From Octopus vulgaris (Eukaryota), in assembly GCA_951406725.2 (NCBI GenBank), contig OX597822.1:23498001-23562000 (forward strand): a DNA stretch of 64,000 bases, in the 5' to 3' direction. The translations under genes were made by a program, and so were the position numbers. The notes beneath the pieces were generated by a model. That model worked only from the letters and a program-made list of their open reading frames with translations. It made no database searches and had not been told where the DNA came from. Position 1 is the first letter of the stretch, and every line of letters starts with the position of its first letter. Positions 52,199 through 64,000 of this stretch are shown in pieces.

Positions 52199-53742
52199 TT
52201 GCCAACTAAGTGTAGCGTCCTATATGAGACAGTGCTACTGATGTTTATAGCCCCAGGAAGACATCTCCAGCTGGTTAACGACACACCGATTAGTATTTGC
52301 GAGGGGAGCTCATCGATCCCATCTCTAGCCTTACGTGATACACACGGACTCGAGTTTCTGGGTGGTTACTCGTTCTCGGCATGTATTAATCACCGGCTAG
52401 TGACGGAAGCTCATTCCACTCGCAAATTACTATATATATTTTCTAGCATATATGCACGTATGTATGCATGCATACATGTATGCATGTATGTATGTATGTA
52501 TGTATGTATGTATGTATGTATGTATGTATGTATGTATGTATGTATGTATGTATGTTTGTATGTATGTATGTATGTATGTATGTATGTATGTATGTATGTA
52601 TGTATGTATGTATATCAGTTACCGTCCACCAAATCCAGTCGCTTTGGTAGGCTCGTGGGGTATAGTAAAAGATACATGTCCGTGGTACTATACAGTGGGA
52701 ATGAACCCAGAACCGGGTGGTTAGGAAGCCAACTTCTTACCACACTGTTCGTTTTATTTGCGAATTGGCCGCTACTTCAATCTTCATAGGAGTCTACTAT
52801 TTCGGACGGATTAGAATGAAGTATCCGGTCGGAGACTATCTTTCGGAGACATCTTTGATGGTATTCTAGCATTACATAAATTTTACGCTGTGAAGCTATT
52901 ATTCCGTCGGCCACAGAGTCAAGTAGAGTATGATTTGAGACGACACTTGTGCCTTGTTTATTTGTTTAAGTAGAATACATATGTATGGGGCTGATAGCGA
53001 GGCTACTGGATACCATCTGAGAGGTCAACACCTAGTATCCTGAACCATGTGCTGACCTTGTGTTTTGATTGTAATCTGTAACAGAAGAAAGTGCAGACGA
53101 TACAGTGTCACCTTGTTTGACGTCGTTACAGGAAACCTACTCTGTTGCAAGCATTCCAGCTAAGTCTCCGTTCAGAGGATAACTTAATCAAATTCTCCTC
53201 AAAAAAAAAAAAAAGCAGGGCCTAATATGGATCATTTGGAACTGCCTTTGACGAACTCATTCAAAGAAAGAAAAGAAAAAAAATATGGTGGAGCTTGAAG
53301 AGACAACATTAAGGGACGTAGCCAAATTAACAAAGGGTTGTATTCTTTATTTGGTATTCGACCGTTTCTGACAATCACCGCCCTTAGACATGTATATAAC
53401 GAGTCGCAGAACGAGACTCTGTATGGCCGTTGGATCTGCTAGCAATAACATTTAAATCTCCGTCCTACCACACACTCTGAAGTCTTTTTCTTTACTATTT
53501 TGCCTCCTGGTTTATACAAGATGTCCACAAAACTACTCCCCGATTTCATGACGCTATAATATCTAAAGTAATTAAAATATATTGATAATAATTTCTTTTA
53601 TTTTCAAGGCATAGGAGTGGCTGTGTGGTTCCGGGTTCAGTCCCACTGTGTGGCATCTTGGGCAAGTGTCTTCTACTATAGTCTCGGGCCGACAAAATCC
53701 TTGTGAGTGGATTTGGTAGACGAAAACTGAAAGAAGTGCGTC

Positions 53743-53818
<76 letters not shown>

Positions 53819-53962
53819 CATAGATAGAGGGCAAAGGAAAAGCTTTCTAATGCCAAATATGCCGAAAAACTGGACATATTGTTCATTAACCATATAATTT
53901 TTTCACAATACGCACGCTACTCGAAAAAGGGTCGATAGAAATTTCTAAAAAAATTCCATTAT

Positions 53963-54020
53963 TACCATATCGGTCCGATTTCAGAGTTAGCTACTAAAAG
54001 CGCTCTCTTCGTCAGTGATA
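53963..54020 (-). ncRNA. Type I hammerhead ribozyme, canonical core
   Basis: TATCA-CTGACGA-AGAG-AGC-loop-GCT-aa-CTCT-GAAA-TCGG-a-CCGA-TA-TGGTA. Confidence 0.75.
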
Positions 54021-54395
54021 CATGTGGCAAAAGAAATAAATGAGATATTTACTCATACCCATGGAAGAAGCAAACACTAAGTCATGAGCACAACTAAGTA
54101 CCCCAAGTACATCCAAAATAGAAATACTCCAGCCCATTCCAGACACGTGCGATTTGAACTGAGGCTCTCACAGAGTGAGTTAGTCCGGAAGTGAACGCTT
54201 AAATTTATATCTAATGTAGGATAAAATTGTTAAATTCTTTTCGAAAAAATATTTTTTTCGAAAATTTTATCCTACATTATATATATATATATATATATAT
54301 AAAGTTAATCCCAACAAGAAAACAAAAACAACAACGCAAGGACGTGGAACAAATAAAGTATTATTGGACGCTCAGGAAAGAAGGGAAGAAGGAGG

Positions 54396-54430
54396 GTTTG
54401 ACGTTTCGAGCGGAGCTCTTCGTCGGAAAC
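54396..54430 (-). ncRNA. Minimal hammerhead-like motif within a short element (54305-54500)
   Basis: GTTT-CCGACGA-A-GAGC-tcc-GCTC-GAAA-CG-TC-AAAC (U4>C); CpG-decayed relative at 57446-57479 (+). Confidence 0.65.
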
Positions 54431-54706
54431 ATAGGAGAAGGAAAGATCCCGAGAAGGGAAGACAGGGGGAAAAATCGCTAGTGATACAGACGAGGTCACA
54501 TAATATATATATATATGCGAAAGAGTGGATGTGGGGAAAGAAGCTAGCTTACCAACCATATGGTTCCGGGTCCAGTCCCACTGCGTGGCACCTTGGGCAA
54601 GTGTCTTCTACTATAGTCTCGGGCCAACCAAAGCCTTGTGAGCGGATTTAAAAGATGGAAACTGAAAGAAGCTCGTTGTATATATATGTATGTGTGCGTA
54701 TGCGTG

Positions 54707-54752
<46 letters not shown>

Positions 54753-55562
54753 TGTGTCTGTGTTCCCCCCGCCCATCGCTTGACAACCGATGTTGGTGTA
54801 TTTACGTCCCGTAACATAGCGGTTCGGCTAAAGAATCTGATAGAATAAGTACTAGGCTTACAATATTGTATGCATTTGGTATCAATGCGAACTAAGAGAG
54901 GCAATACAGCGGCATAATATAATGCCTCGTGGTATCTGTTTCATATCAAGGAGTTCTGAGTTCAAATCCCGCCTAGATAAAAAAAATGTCTAACCTAGGT
55001 GGGATTTTTGCGAGATATTTATAATTCATGTTAGATATAAAATCATCCACTCTTGCAAATCTTCTTCATCTTATTCTATAGTTTCAGAAATATTCTTAAC
55101 TCTTGAACTGAACGAAAGTTCGAGAAGTCTGTATTGGCAGCTAATCAACGTGAAATCTCGAAATTATTCCAGAAACCATAGGAAAGAAAAGAATCAAGTT
55201 GAATTTGCAACCGAGAAATAACATGTTACGTGTCGTTAGACCCGTGTCATGTGACATCATATACAAGCGAGGCTTTCAGTCGAAAGCTCTAAAAGTACTA
55301 AGAGACATGCTGCGTAAATACTAATATAGGCGTACATACAGCCACACGTTGATTTGATATATGTTTCTCTTACACAGCTGTAGCTGTCGGTTATCATAAG
55401 ATTTCATTCCCGGTTTTGCCTGTGACACATATTCTGTTGCATGACGCCATTTTACATGATAAATGCGATAAAGCGTAAACTTGATAATGCTTCTTCGGTT
55501 GTTTTGTCAGTTAGATAGGTATTGTTTATGTGTCTGTGTGTGGGTGAGAGAGAAAGAGAGGG

Positions 55563-55599
<37 letters not shown>

Positions 55600-56139
55600 C
55601 AGAAAGAGAGAGAGACATAAAGAGAGAGAGAGAGACAGACAGAAAGAGAGAGAGACAGAAAGAGAGAGAGACAGACAGACAGAAAGAGAGAGAGTGTGTG
55701 TGTGAAAGAGTGAATGAAAGAATGTGTATGTGAGAGCGTGTGTGTGTATGTTTGGTAGTACGTATAGTTATATAATGAAGGTGAGATATAGAGAGGGCGA
55801 GTGAACACTAGCGATATTAGACACATGTAGCAATATTAGAAACATGTAGCGATATAGTCAGATAGGTCTTGATGCGTATGTATGTATTCGTATGCATATG
55901 CACACACACACACTCTTGCACACGCACACACATACATGATTTCGGAACAAGAATAGTACTGGTAGTGACTACGAAGTTTCGGCCAGCTAAACCATCATCG
56001 AACTGTGCCGAAGCTTCAAAGACACTGTCAATATTATTCTGGTTAAAGAATAATAAATTTGTACTGTACCAAAGTATCGAATGACACTTTAGTTTAACGC
56101 AAAATTGATTTCATTATAACTTGACATAAAAAAAACCAG

Positions 56140-56545
56140 ACGGCTGTGTGGTAAGTAGCTTGCTTGCCAACCACAGGGTTCAGGGTTCAGTTCCACTGCA
56201 TGGCACCTTGGGCAAGTGTCTTCTACTGTAGCCTCGGGCCGACCAAAGCCTTGTGAGTGGATTTGGTAGACGGAAACTGAAAGAAGCCCGTCGTATATAT
56301 GTATATATATATATATGTATGTGTGTGTGTGCATATGTTTGTGTGTATGTGTTTGTCCCCCCCCCAACATCGCTTGACAACCGATGCCGGTGTGTTTACG
56401 TCCCCGTAACTTAGCGGTTCGGCAAAAGAGACCGATAGAATAAGTACTAGGCTTACAAAGAATAAGTCCTGGGGTCGATTTGCTCGACTAAAGGTGGTGC
56501 TCCAGCATGACCACAGTCAAATGACTGAAACAAGTAAAGAGAGAG
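56140..56545 (+). mobile_element. Bipartite CORE-like tRNA SINE with internal TA/TG microsatellite
   Basis: tRNA-like head GGCTGTGTGGTAAG...GGGTTCAGTTCC, then CCTTGGGCAAG, tail GGTGCTCCAGCATG...CAGTCAAATGACTGAAACAAGTAAA. Other copies near 47260-47560, 54520-54862, 58895-59070 and 62770-62910. Confidence 0.85.
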
Positions 56546-56606
56546 TATGTACTGGAATAAGCAGATGTCTTTCTAGAGAACATAGCTTGAACTGCGTGTG
56601 AAGGAG

Positions 56607-56669
<63 letters not shown>

Positions 56670-57699
56670 ACACACATATGCTATAATTCATTTAAGTTTT
56701 ATATTCTTATAAGAAGACAAATGTGTATTAAAAAACGTATGTAAGAATGTGGTGTACACGCCTAAGTACATTTGTCACATGGCCAAGTCACGTGCTTCTT
56801 TTAGCGTATTTTCTTCTTTTTGGTTATACTCATTCTTTCGCGCTATATGAAGGAGGAAGGAGAAACCAGTGGCTGCGCTTAGACAGGTGCAACTGATAGT
56901 AAGAGAAAGGCTGTTGGATTAGAGAGATAAATAAATAGACGGGTGATTGACAGTGTCACACACACTCTCTCACACACATAAATACACAAAGACACATCTA
57001 TAAGAGAAATTACGACAGCCATAAGTTTATATAATTTGCTCCTACGTCCGTTTCACCGTTGTGATTGTTTGGAACTCTGCATTGGATGTACAAATTGCAG
57101 TTTGATGCCTAACCAAAATGGATCATCAGGAACAGTTTATTTCATTATGTTACAGAGAACCAATGTCATAATTACTAATACTATTAAATACAGTAGTTAC
57201 TGGAAGCAGACTGGATGATGATAATCTACGTAGAGCTCTAAAGTTAACAGTAGCAACCATACATCTATTTGTACACACGTGATATGCTATATTTAATATG
57301 CACATACATACACATATGCACATATATATAATTATATACAGTATCTACAGGACATTCTCTCTCCCTTTCTCTCTCCCTCTCTCTGTCTAACGACACGTGT
57401 GCCGTTGGCGATTTCTTCACTACCTTTGGACTTTTCCCTTTCACCTTTCCGACAAAGAGCTATGCTCAAAACATCAAACTCTCTCCTTTCACCGAGTGTC
57501 AAGCTAATACATTTCTTGTACACGTCGTCACGTTGATTTTTTTTTCGTTTTTTTTTTTATTCGTTTATTAGAATTATTTGCTTATTTAAATCGACTATAT
57601 ACACAAGACATACTATATACTACATATATATATATATATATATTAGGTATACAGGACGTACAATATATATATATACTCTCACACACACACACACACACA

Positions 57700-58258
57700 C
57701 TGTAATGCCGCGATATATGAACTAATTCGTTCCCGGAGACCACTCGTAAAACGAAAACTTGTAAAGCAGAGCAATAATTTCCCATAGTAGCAATGTTAGA
57801 AATCGTAATTCGTTCCCTATAAAATTTATAATACTCGTATTCAAATGGCAAGAAAACAATAGTAGAATGTGAAGAATATTTTATATACAGTAAAAAGAAA
57901 GTCAAGATCATTTATAATAATAAAAAAAATTATATGTATTATCGTTTTCTGAATCACTTTCCTTCGCACAAGACTTGAGCATACCATCACTTGCAGGCGC
58001 GGTCGACGATTCACAAGCACTCGTGGACGGACTTTTAGATTTCTTTTTACGAAGCAAGTCTAGAGTTGTTTTGCATAGAAAAGCTTTTTTTGCGCTCTCT
58101 ATAAATTTCTCAGTAACACGCAGAAACATTTGTTATGGTAGTAGAAAATTTTGCATTTCGTTCAAAATTTGGATCTTGTGTTTGAGAAATTTATAAAATA
58201 AAACTTACAATACCGGTCTTTCGTAAAGCGGGTCCACGTAAATCGAGGCGTAGCTGTA
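57700..58258. mobile_element. Tigger-like non-autonomous DNA transposon (degenerate)
   Basis: Imperfect ends TGTAATGCCGCGATATATG / CGTAAATCGAGGCGTAGCTGTA. Confidence 0.4.
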
Positions 58259-58627
58259 TATATATAAACATGTAAACACAAATATTTAAGCATACGTGTA
58301 TACATGTACAAACTGTTTATATGTGTGGGTGGAAGTTTGTATACATACAGAAACGCGCAAACACACACGCACACACATACACACTGACACACACACACAC
58401 TAACACACACACTGACACAAACACGCACACACACATTCATACGTATCTACACACATAACTCATATATATATATATATATATACACACATACATATATGAA
58501 CGTAGACACACGTCTAATACATCTGATACACTCTCCACACACTTTACTGTTTTTTTGTTTAGATATTATCTTTTACAAGTTCATCTTAACCGTTGAGTAG
58601 TTGCGTGCGCGCGTGTGCGACTGAGTG

Positions 58628-58664
<37 letters not shown>

Positions 58665-58774
58665 ATTTCTACTTCCATTCTCTTATTTCTTTCTATATTT
58701 CCTATCTCCTCCTTTTCCATAATAATTCTTCATTTCGAACTCAAATATGTACCTCTATTTAACCATCTCACATC

Positions 58775-58822
58775 GTCTCTGATGAAGGGATATCCATAAT
58801 ATCCCAGAAACAGCTGTAAGAC
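58775..58822 (+). ncRNA. Type I hammerhead ribozyme, canonical core
   Basis: GTCT-CTGATGA-A-GGGATAT-ccata-ATATCCC-A-GAAA-CAGCTG-TA-AGAC; predicted cleavage after GUA (58818). Confidence 0.75.
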
Positions 58823-60239
58823 TATATCTTTATCTTCTTCCTTATAAATGTCCTGAAAACCCCTCACAGCCTTGGCTTTGTTATCCCCTTTTGTCTAGGC
58901 CATGCTGGAGCACCGCCTTTAGTCGAACAAATCGACTCCAGGACTTATTCTTTGTAAGCCTAGTACTTATTCTATCGGTCTTTTGCCGGACTGCTAAGTT
59001 ACGGGGACGTGAATACACCAGCATACGTTGTCAAGCGATGGTGTGGGCGGGGGCAAACACATACGCACACACACACACAAGAAATTCGCCTTGCAAGCGT
59101 TAAATCTCAGGTACGATTCTGCAAAGTCACTTTTACTATGGCCCTTGTAAGTAAATTAGGTAGGTGGAAACTGTGCAGAAGACCATCGTATATAAATGTG
59201 TGTGTGCGCGCATGTGTGTATGTGTGTGTGTATGTCTTTGTGTTTGTTCCCCCAACGTTTGACGACCACCCATTGATTTATGTCCCTTCAACTTAGTAAA
59301 GAAAAGAATAGAATATTTGGGTTTGTTCGATCGACTAAATCCCTTCAAGGCGCACCCCACCCCCACTGAATTCGCTGTCCATGGACTGAAACGAGTAAAT
59401 ACAATAAAAAGAACACGAACATTTTAGAAATACAATATTAGTTTCAAATTTTGGCGCAAGCCAGCAATTTTGGGCTGGGGGTTAAGTCAATGTGATCCAC
59501 CTCAGAACTCAACTGCTACTTATTTTAATGATCCCGAAAAAAAAAAAAGTCAAAGGAAAAGTCCATCTCGGCGGAATTTGAACCCGGAACGTAAAGACGA
59601 ACGAAATACCGCTAAGAATTTTACCCGGCGTGCTAATCAATCTGCCAGCTCGCCGCCTTATTTTTAGAAATATATCAACTTAACTTCACGCATCGAGTTG
59701 TTTCTTCAGTTTATATTTTAGTTATTATATCTAAAAAAAAAAAAAGAGAAAGAAATACAATAAAAATATATGAAGGTCATTTTAAATATTTGCATAACCA
59801 TGAATATTTTCCATCAGGTTATATAATGAAATTTATTTAAATTAACTATTATATTCTAATACATATTTTGTATCCTTTATTTTCAAAGATAATAAAAGCG
59901 ACGATATTTCATCTTAATTATACTATGAATTTTTTAAAAGCGTTTCTAACTAAAATTAATTCTGTTTAAAGATAAAACAATTTTTTTACAGATATTATGC
60001 GAAAATAGTTAGACATTCTCCTTCGTATAGCAAGTCTTCTCAATTCGCCCATATAATATCAATCCTTTCTGAAATTAGACCGCTTTCAAATTCAGGGGTC
60101 TTTATATTCGTAAGTTCGCAAACCGCTTGAATTATTTATACGATCTCACGTATTTCAAACATCCTCCATCATAATCAACTTTTTTTTTCACTAATCTTTC
60201 ACCTCATATATATATTTTTTTACTTCCTATTTCTTTCGA

Positions 60240-60715
60240 ATCTTTACGTTCTGAGGTCGACTTTACTTTTCATCCTTTGAAATAAGTACAGTTCAAGAGT
60301 GGGGCTGATGTAATCGACTACCCACTCCACACAATTTCAGGCCCCTACCTTTATTAAAAAGCATTATTTTTTTAATTCCTATTTCCCATGGCTCTTTACG
60401 TTTGAAATTCTGCCGAGATAGACGTAGCCTTTCATCCATTCGGAGTCGACGAAATAAGTACACGTTCAAGACTGAGGACAATGTAACCAACTATACTGCT
60501 CTCATCATTTCAGGTTTTTGCCTTTATTAGAAAGCATTATTTTTTAATTCCCATTTCTTCTGGTTCTTTACGTTGTAAGTTCAAATTCCGCCGAGATAGA
60601 CTTTGCTTTTCATCCTTTCCAAGCTGATGAAATAAGTACCAGGCAAATACTAGGGTCAATGCAATTCATTTACCCCTCTCCCTAAATTGCTGCTCTTGTG
60701 CCAAAATTTGAAACA
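60240..60715 (+). mobile_element. Three tandem degenerate Nin-domain SINE units
   Basis: Repeated CTTTCATCC...AAATAAGTAC core with shared junction CTTTATTA.AAAGCATTATTTTTTAATTCC.ATTTC. Confidence 0.7.
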
Positions 60716-61211
60716 ATTATTTTTCTTCGTCTAAAGAGGCGATTTGGTAAAATCACAAGGGCTTTTCAATATTGTTTCAATATTCTTTTTGGGTCTGTAC
60801 ATCCTGACTTCAAATCCTGTCGAAATCAACTTCATCTTTTGCTTCTTTGAGGAACTGCTAGCCTTGTATCTAAATCGAAAACTATTACAGGTCAGCGGGC
60901 TGGTAAGAATCGTTACAGCTTTGGAAAAATATGTTTTGCATTATTTCTCCTGGTCCTGTAAGTTCTGAGTTCAAATACAATCAAGATCAACTTTGCCCTT
61001 CGTCTTCTCAGGGTTGAGAAAACAATCAATTACTTCTCGATGGTACCGACTGATATCTGCCCCTCAATATAGCCGGCATTGTCCCTGGATATCACATGAC
61101 AATTTCTCCTCTCTTTTATCCTATATTGAACACATCCACACTATGATAATTTCTGTTGGTTTATTTATTTATCTATTTATTTATTGTCCTATATCGATAA
61201 TGCTACTACAT

Positions 61212-61534
61212 TAGGACTTGCCAACCTGAGGCCCGTGGGTAGCATGCGGCCCACAGACTTTTATTTTGCGGCCCGCTTGATACTTTCTCGAAATGGATTT
61301 ATTTAAACAAATATTTTTAAAATTTTCTGAAAAAATAAAGAATTTAATGAAAAGTAAAAAAGAAAGATACTACTGTTTTTGCAAAGATAATATTTCATGT
61401 TGAACCAATGGTCATTCATTCATTATTGTAATAATAGCATTCAATTCTTTCAATTCTGTCAGTATACAAGCGGCCCTCAAGAAACTTACTGTGATTAAAA
61501 TGGCCCGCAATGTAATTCGAGTTGGCTAGGCCTC
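61212..61534. mobile_element. hAT-type MITE
   Basis: TAGGACTTGCCAAC / GTTGGCTAGGCCT ends with multiple GGCCC subterminal motifs. Confidence 0.65.
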
Positions 61535-61924
61535 CACTGCACCAATCGTGACAATTACTTCCATCTTTGAGTCATCAAAATATTTATAAATGACTAATAA
61601 CTTTTCTCCTAACAAAATGGCCGATTTTGGTGAAAAAGTCACAGTTCTTGCCACCATTTTATAAGAAATAAATCACCCAAGCATCTGCATAGCTTTGTGG
61701 TTAACAAGTGCGCTTCGCAACGACGTCGCTTCAATCTCAGTCTCATTGCACTGGCGTCAACTTGGGAAGCTTAGGAACACAGAACCCTTGTGTCACATAG
61801 TCAACTGGAAACGGTGTTTCCTGGGGCTAAATAGCAGTAGCATTTTCCCTTTATAGACTAGTAGTCTATAAGATTCGACCTTTAACTGTCTTCGTACATT
61901 TCATTACCACTAAATATATCTATT

Positions 61925-62160
61925 TCTTATTTCTTTATTGCCCACAAGGGGCTAAACACAGAGGGGACAAACAAGGACAGACAAATGGATTAAGTCGATT
62001 ACATCAACCCTAGTGCGTAACTGGTACTTAATTTATCGACCCCGAAAGGATGAAAACCAAAGTCGACCTCGGCGGAATTTGAACTCAGAACGTAGCGGCA
62101 GACAAAATACCGCTATGCATTTCGCCCGGCGTGCTAACGTTTCTGTCAGCTCGCCGCCTT
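61925..62160 (-). mobile_element. Nin-domain SINE (little diverged copy); another at 62915-63136
   Basis: Near-identical to the 3841-4088 family. Confidence 0.85.
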
Positions 62161-62695
62161 AAATATATCTATTTCTACACCTTTAATATTTATTTCTATT
62201 CACCTATCGCACTATATTTCTCCTCTCTAAGTGTTCTCCTAATTTCTTTCTTCCTCCTCCTCTTCGTATAAATTACCTTTGACGTTATATCTATCAACGG
62301 TTGTTTTTTAAAATAACTTACCAGCACTCCCTTCATCATATATGCAGTAATCACATTCAGTTAAAAAATCATATTGATGCGTTTTGTTTCTCTTTTTTTT
62401 CCCTGATGAGAAGATTGCATTGTTTTACATTATTTTATTCCTTCCGGAATAATGCCAATGTTGTCTTCGAAACATATGCCGGAAGTATAAAGATTTGAAT
62501 AACACCTGCGTTTAATTCCATTTATTTATTTATATATGTTAATTAAAAACAATTCACTAAACCCTGGAATTTCTACCTTTATAAGTAGGCTGTTACATCC
62601 TTGGTACCTATATGAATTTTTGTTACCCTGGCAACTATTTATTTGTTATTTGTATATTTTTGAAAAAACACACATACATTTATATATACACACAG

Positions 62696-62734
<39 letters not shown>

Positions 62735-63464
62735 TATATACTGACATACGTATGTGTGTATGCATTATACGACGGAATTCCACAGTTTCTGTGTACTAAA
62801 TTCACCCAAAAAGCATTGTTCAACATCGGGATATAGTAGAAGACACTTATCCAAGGTCCCACGCAGTGGGGCTGAATCCGGGACCATGCGATTGCGAAGG
62901 AAACTTCATACCTATTACTTTACTACCGACAAGGGGCTAAACACAGAGGGGACAGACAAATGGATTAAGTCGATTATATCGACCCCAGTGCGTAACGTGT
63001 ACTTATTTAATCGACCCCGAAAGGATGAAAGGCAAAGTCGACCTCGGCGGAATTTGAACTCAGAACGTAACGGCAGACGAAATACGGCTACGCATTTCGT
63101 CCGGCGTGCTAACGTTTCTGCTAGCTCGCCGCCTTATAGGGAAGAAAACTTCATACCACACAGCAATGCCTATGAATATGTATATATATTTCTGTCTGTG
63201 TTTGTCCCTTACTGATATCGCTTTGCTTACACCTTTGTAATTTAGTTCGGCAAAAAAGTGGTGGTATGAAGCTTTAAAAAAAGTATGAAGCTTTCAAAAA
63301 AAAAGGTACTGGGGTCTATTTTTCGACTAAACTCTTCAAGGCGGTGCCCCAGCATAGCCGCAGTCTAATGAGTGAAACAAGTAAATATATGTATATTCAT
63401 CTTTTATCTTATATTAGTTTTAGTACACACACGCACGCACACACACATACACACACATGCACGT

Positions 63465-63872
63465 ATGTTAAGTAGCTTGGTTACCAGCCACATGGTTCTG
63501 GGTTCAATCCCACTGCGTGGCACCTTGGGCAAGTATCTTCTACTATAGCCACGGGCCGACCAAAGCCTTGTGAGTGGATTTGGTAGACGTAAACTGAAAG
63601 AAGCCCGTCGTATATATGTGTGTGTGTGTGTATGTGTATGTGTGTATATATATGTTTGTGTGTCTGTGTTTGTCCTCCCCAACACCGCTTGACAACCGAT
63701 GCTGGTGTGTTTACGTCTCCGTAACTTAGCGGTTCGGCAAAAGAGACCGATAGAATAAGTACTAGGCTTACAAAGAATAAATCCTAGGGTCGATTTGCTT
63801 GATTAAAGGCGGTGCTCCAGCATGGCCGCAGTCAAATGACTGAAACAAGTAAAAGAGTAAAAGAGTAAAAGA
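63465..63872 (+). mobile_element. Bipartite CORE-like SINE
   Basis: Head, internal microsatellite, body and GTAAAAGA tail repeats. Confidence 0.85.
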
Positions 63873-63909
<37 letters not shown>

Positions 63910-63931
63910 CATACATACATACATATATATA

Positions 63932-63973
<42 letters not shown>

Positions 63974-64000
63974 CATATATACATATATATATACATACAC

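Noticed and set aside
52293-52430. Imperfect about 35-bp inverted ends
   Set aside because: Too degenerate to classify; probably an old MITE.
56500-56540. SINE tail CAGTC-AAAT-GACTG-AAACAAGTA resembling half a hammerhead
   Set aside because: No CUGANGA or stem I upstream; it matches the LINE-derived 3' stem-loop.

Overview
AT-rich eukaryotic genomic DNA saturated with microsatellites ((TA)n, (CA)n, (TATC)n, (TATG)n, (TAA)n, (ATC)n) and transposon debris. The SINE and microsatellite content suggests a coleoid cephalopod, probably Octopus (inference). Almost all ORFs in the track are translations of simple repeats. The only long real ORF (40476-44357, 1293 aa) is an apparently intact R4/Dong-clade non-LTR retrotransposon (N-terminal Myb-like region, RT, CCHC, PD-(D/E)xK endonuclease) sitting between (TAA)n tracts. 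It is accompanied by other Dong-like, Tx1-like and non-coding elements in the same microsatellite class. Other remnants include CR1-group, RTE, Penelope-like (GIY-YIG), mariner/Tc1, Tigger, hAT MITE and Helitron sequences, plus two abundant tRNA-derived SINE families. The strongest hidden signal is about 17 type-I (minimal) hammerhead-ribozyme-like motifs from many unrelated short elements, mostly lodged in or beside microsatellites. Two have fully canonical cores, one shows a compensatory G3:C8 swap and one a U3:A8 swap, and two of the elements are long inverted repeats. A weak three-exon host transcript on the minus strand (about 11050 to 7139) is also proposed. All folds and translations were done by eye; no searches were run.
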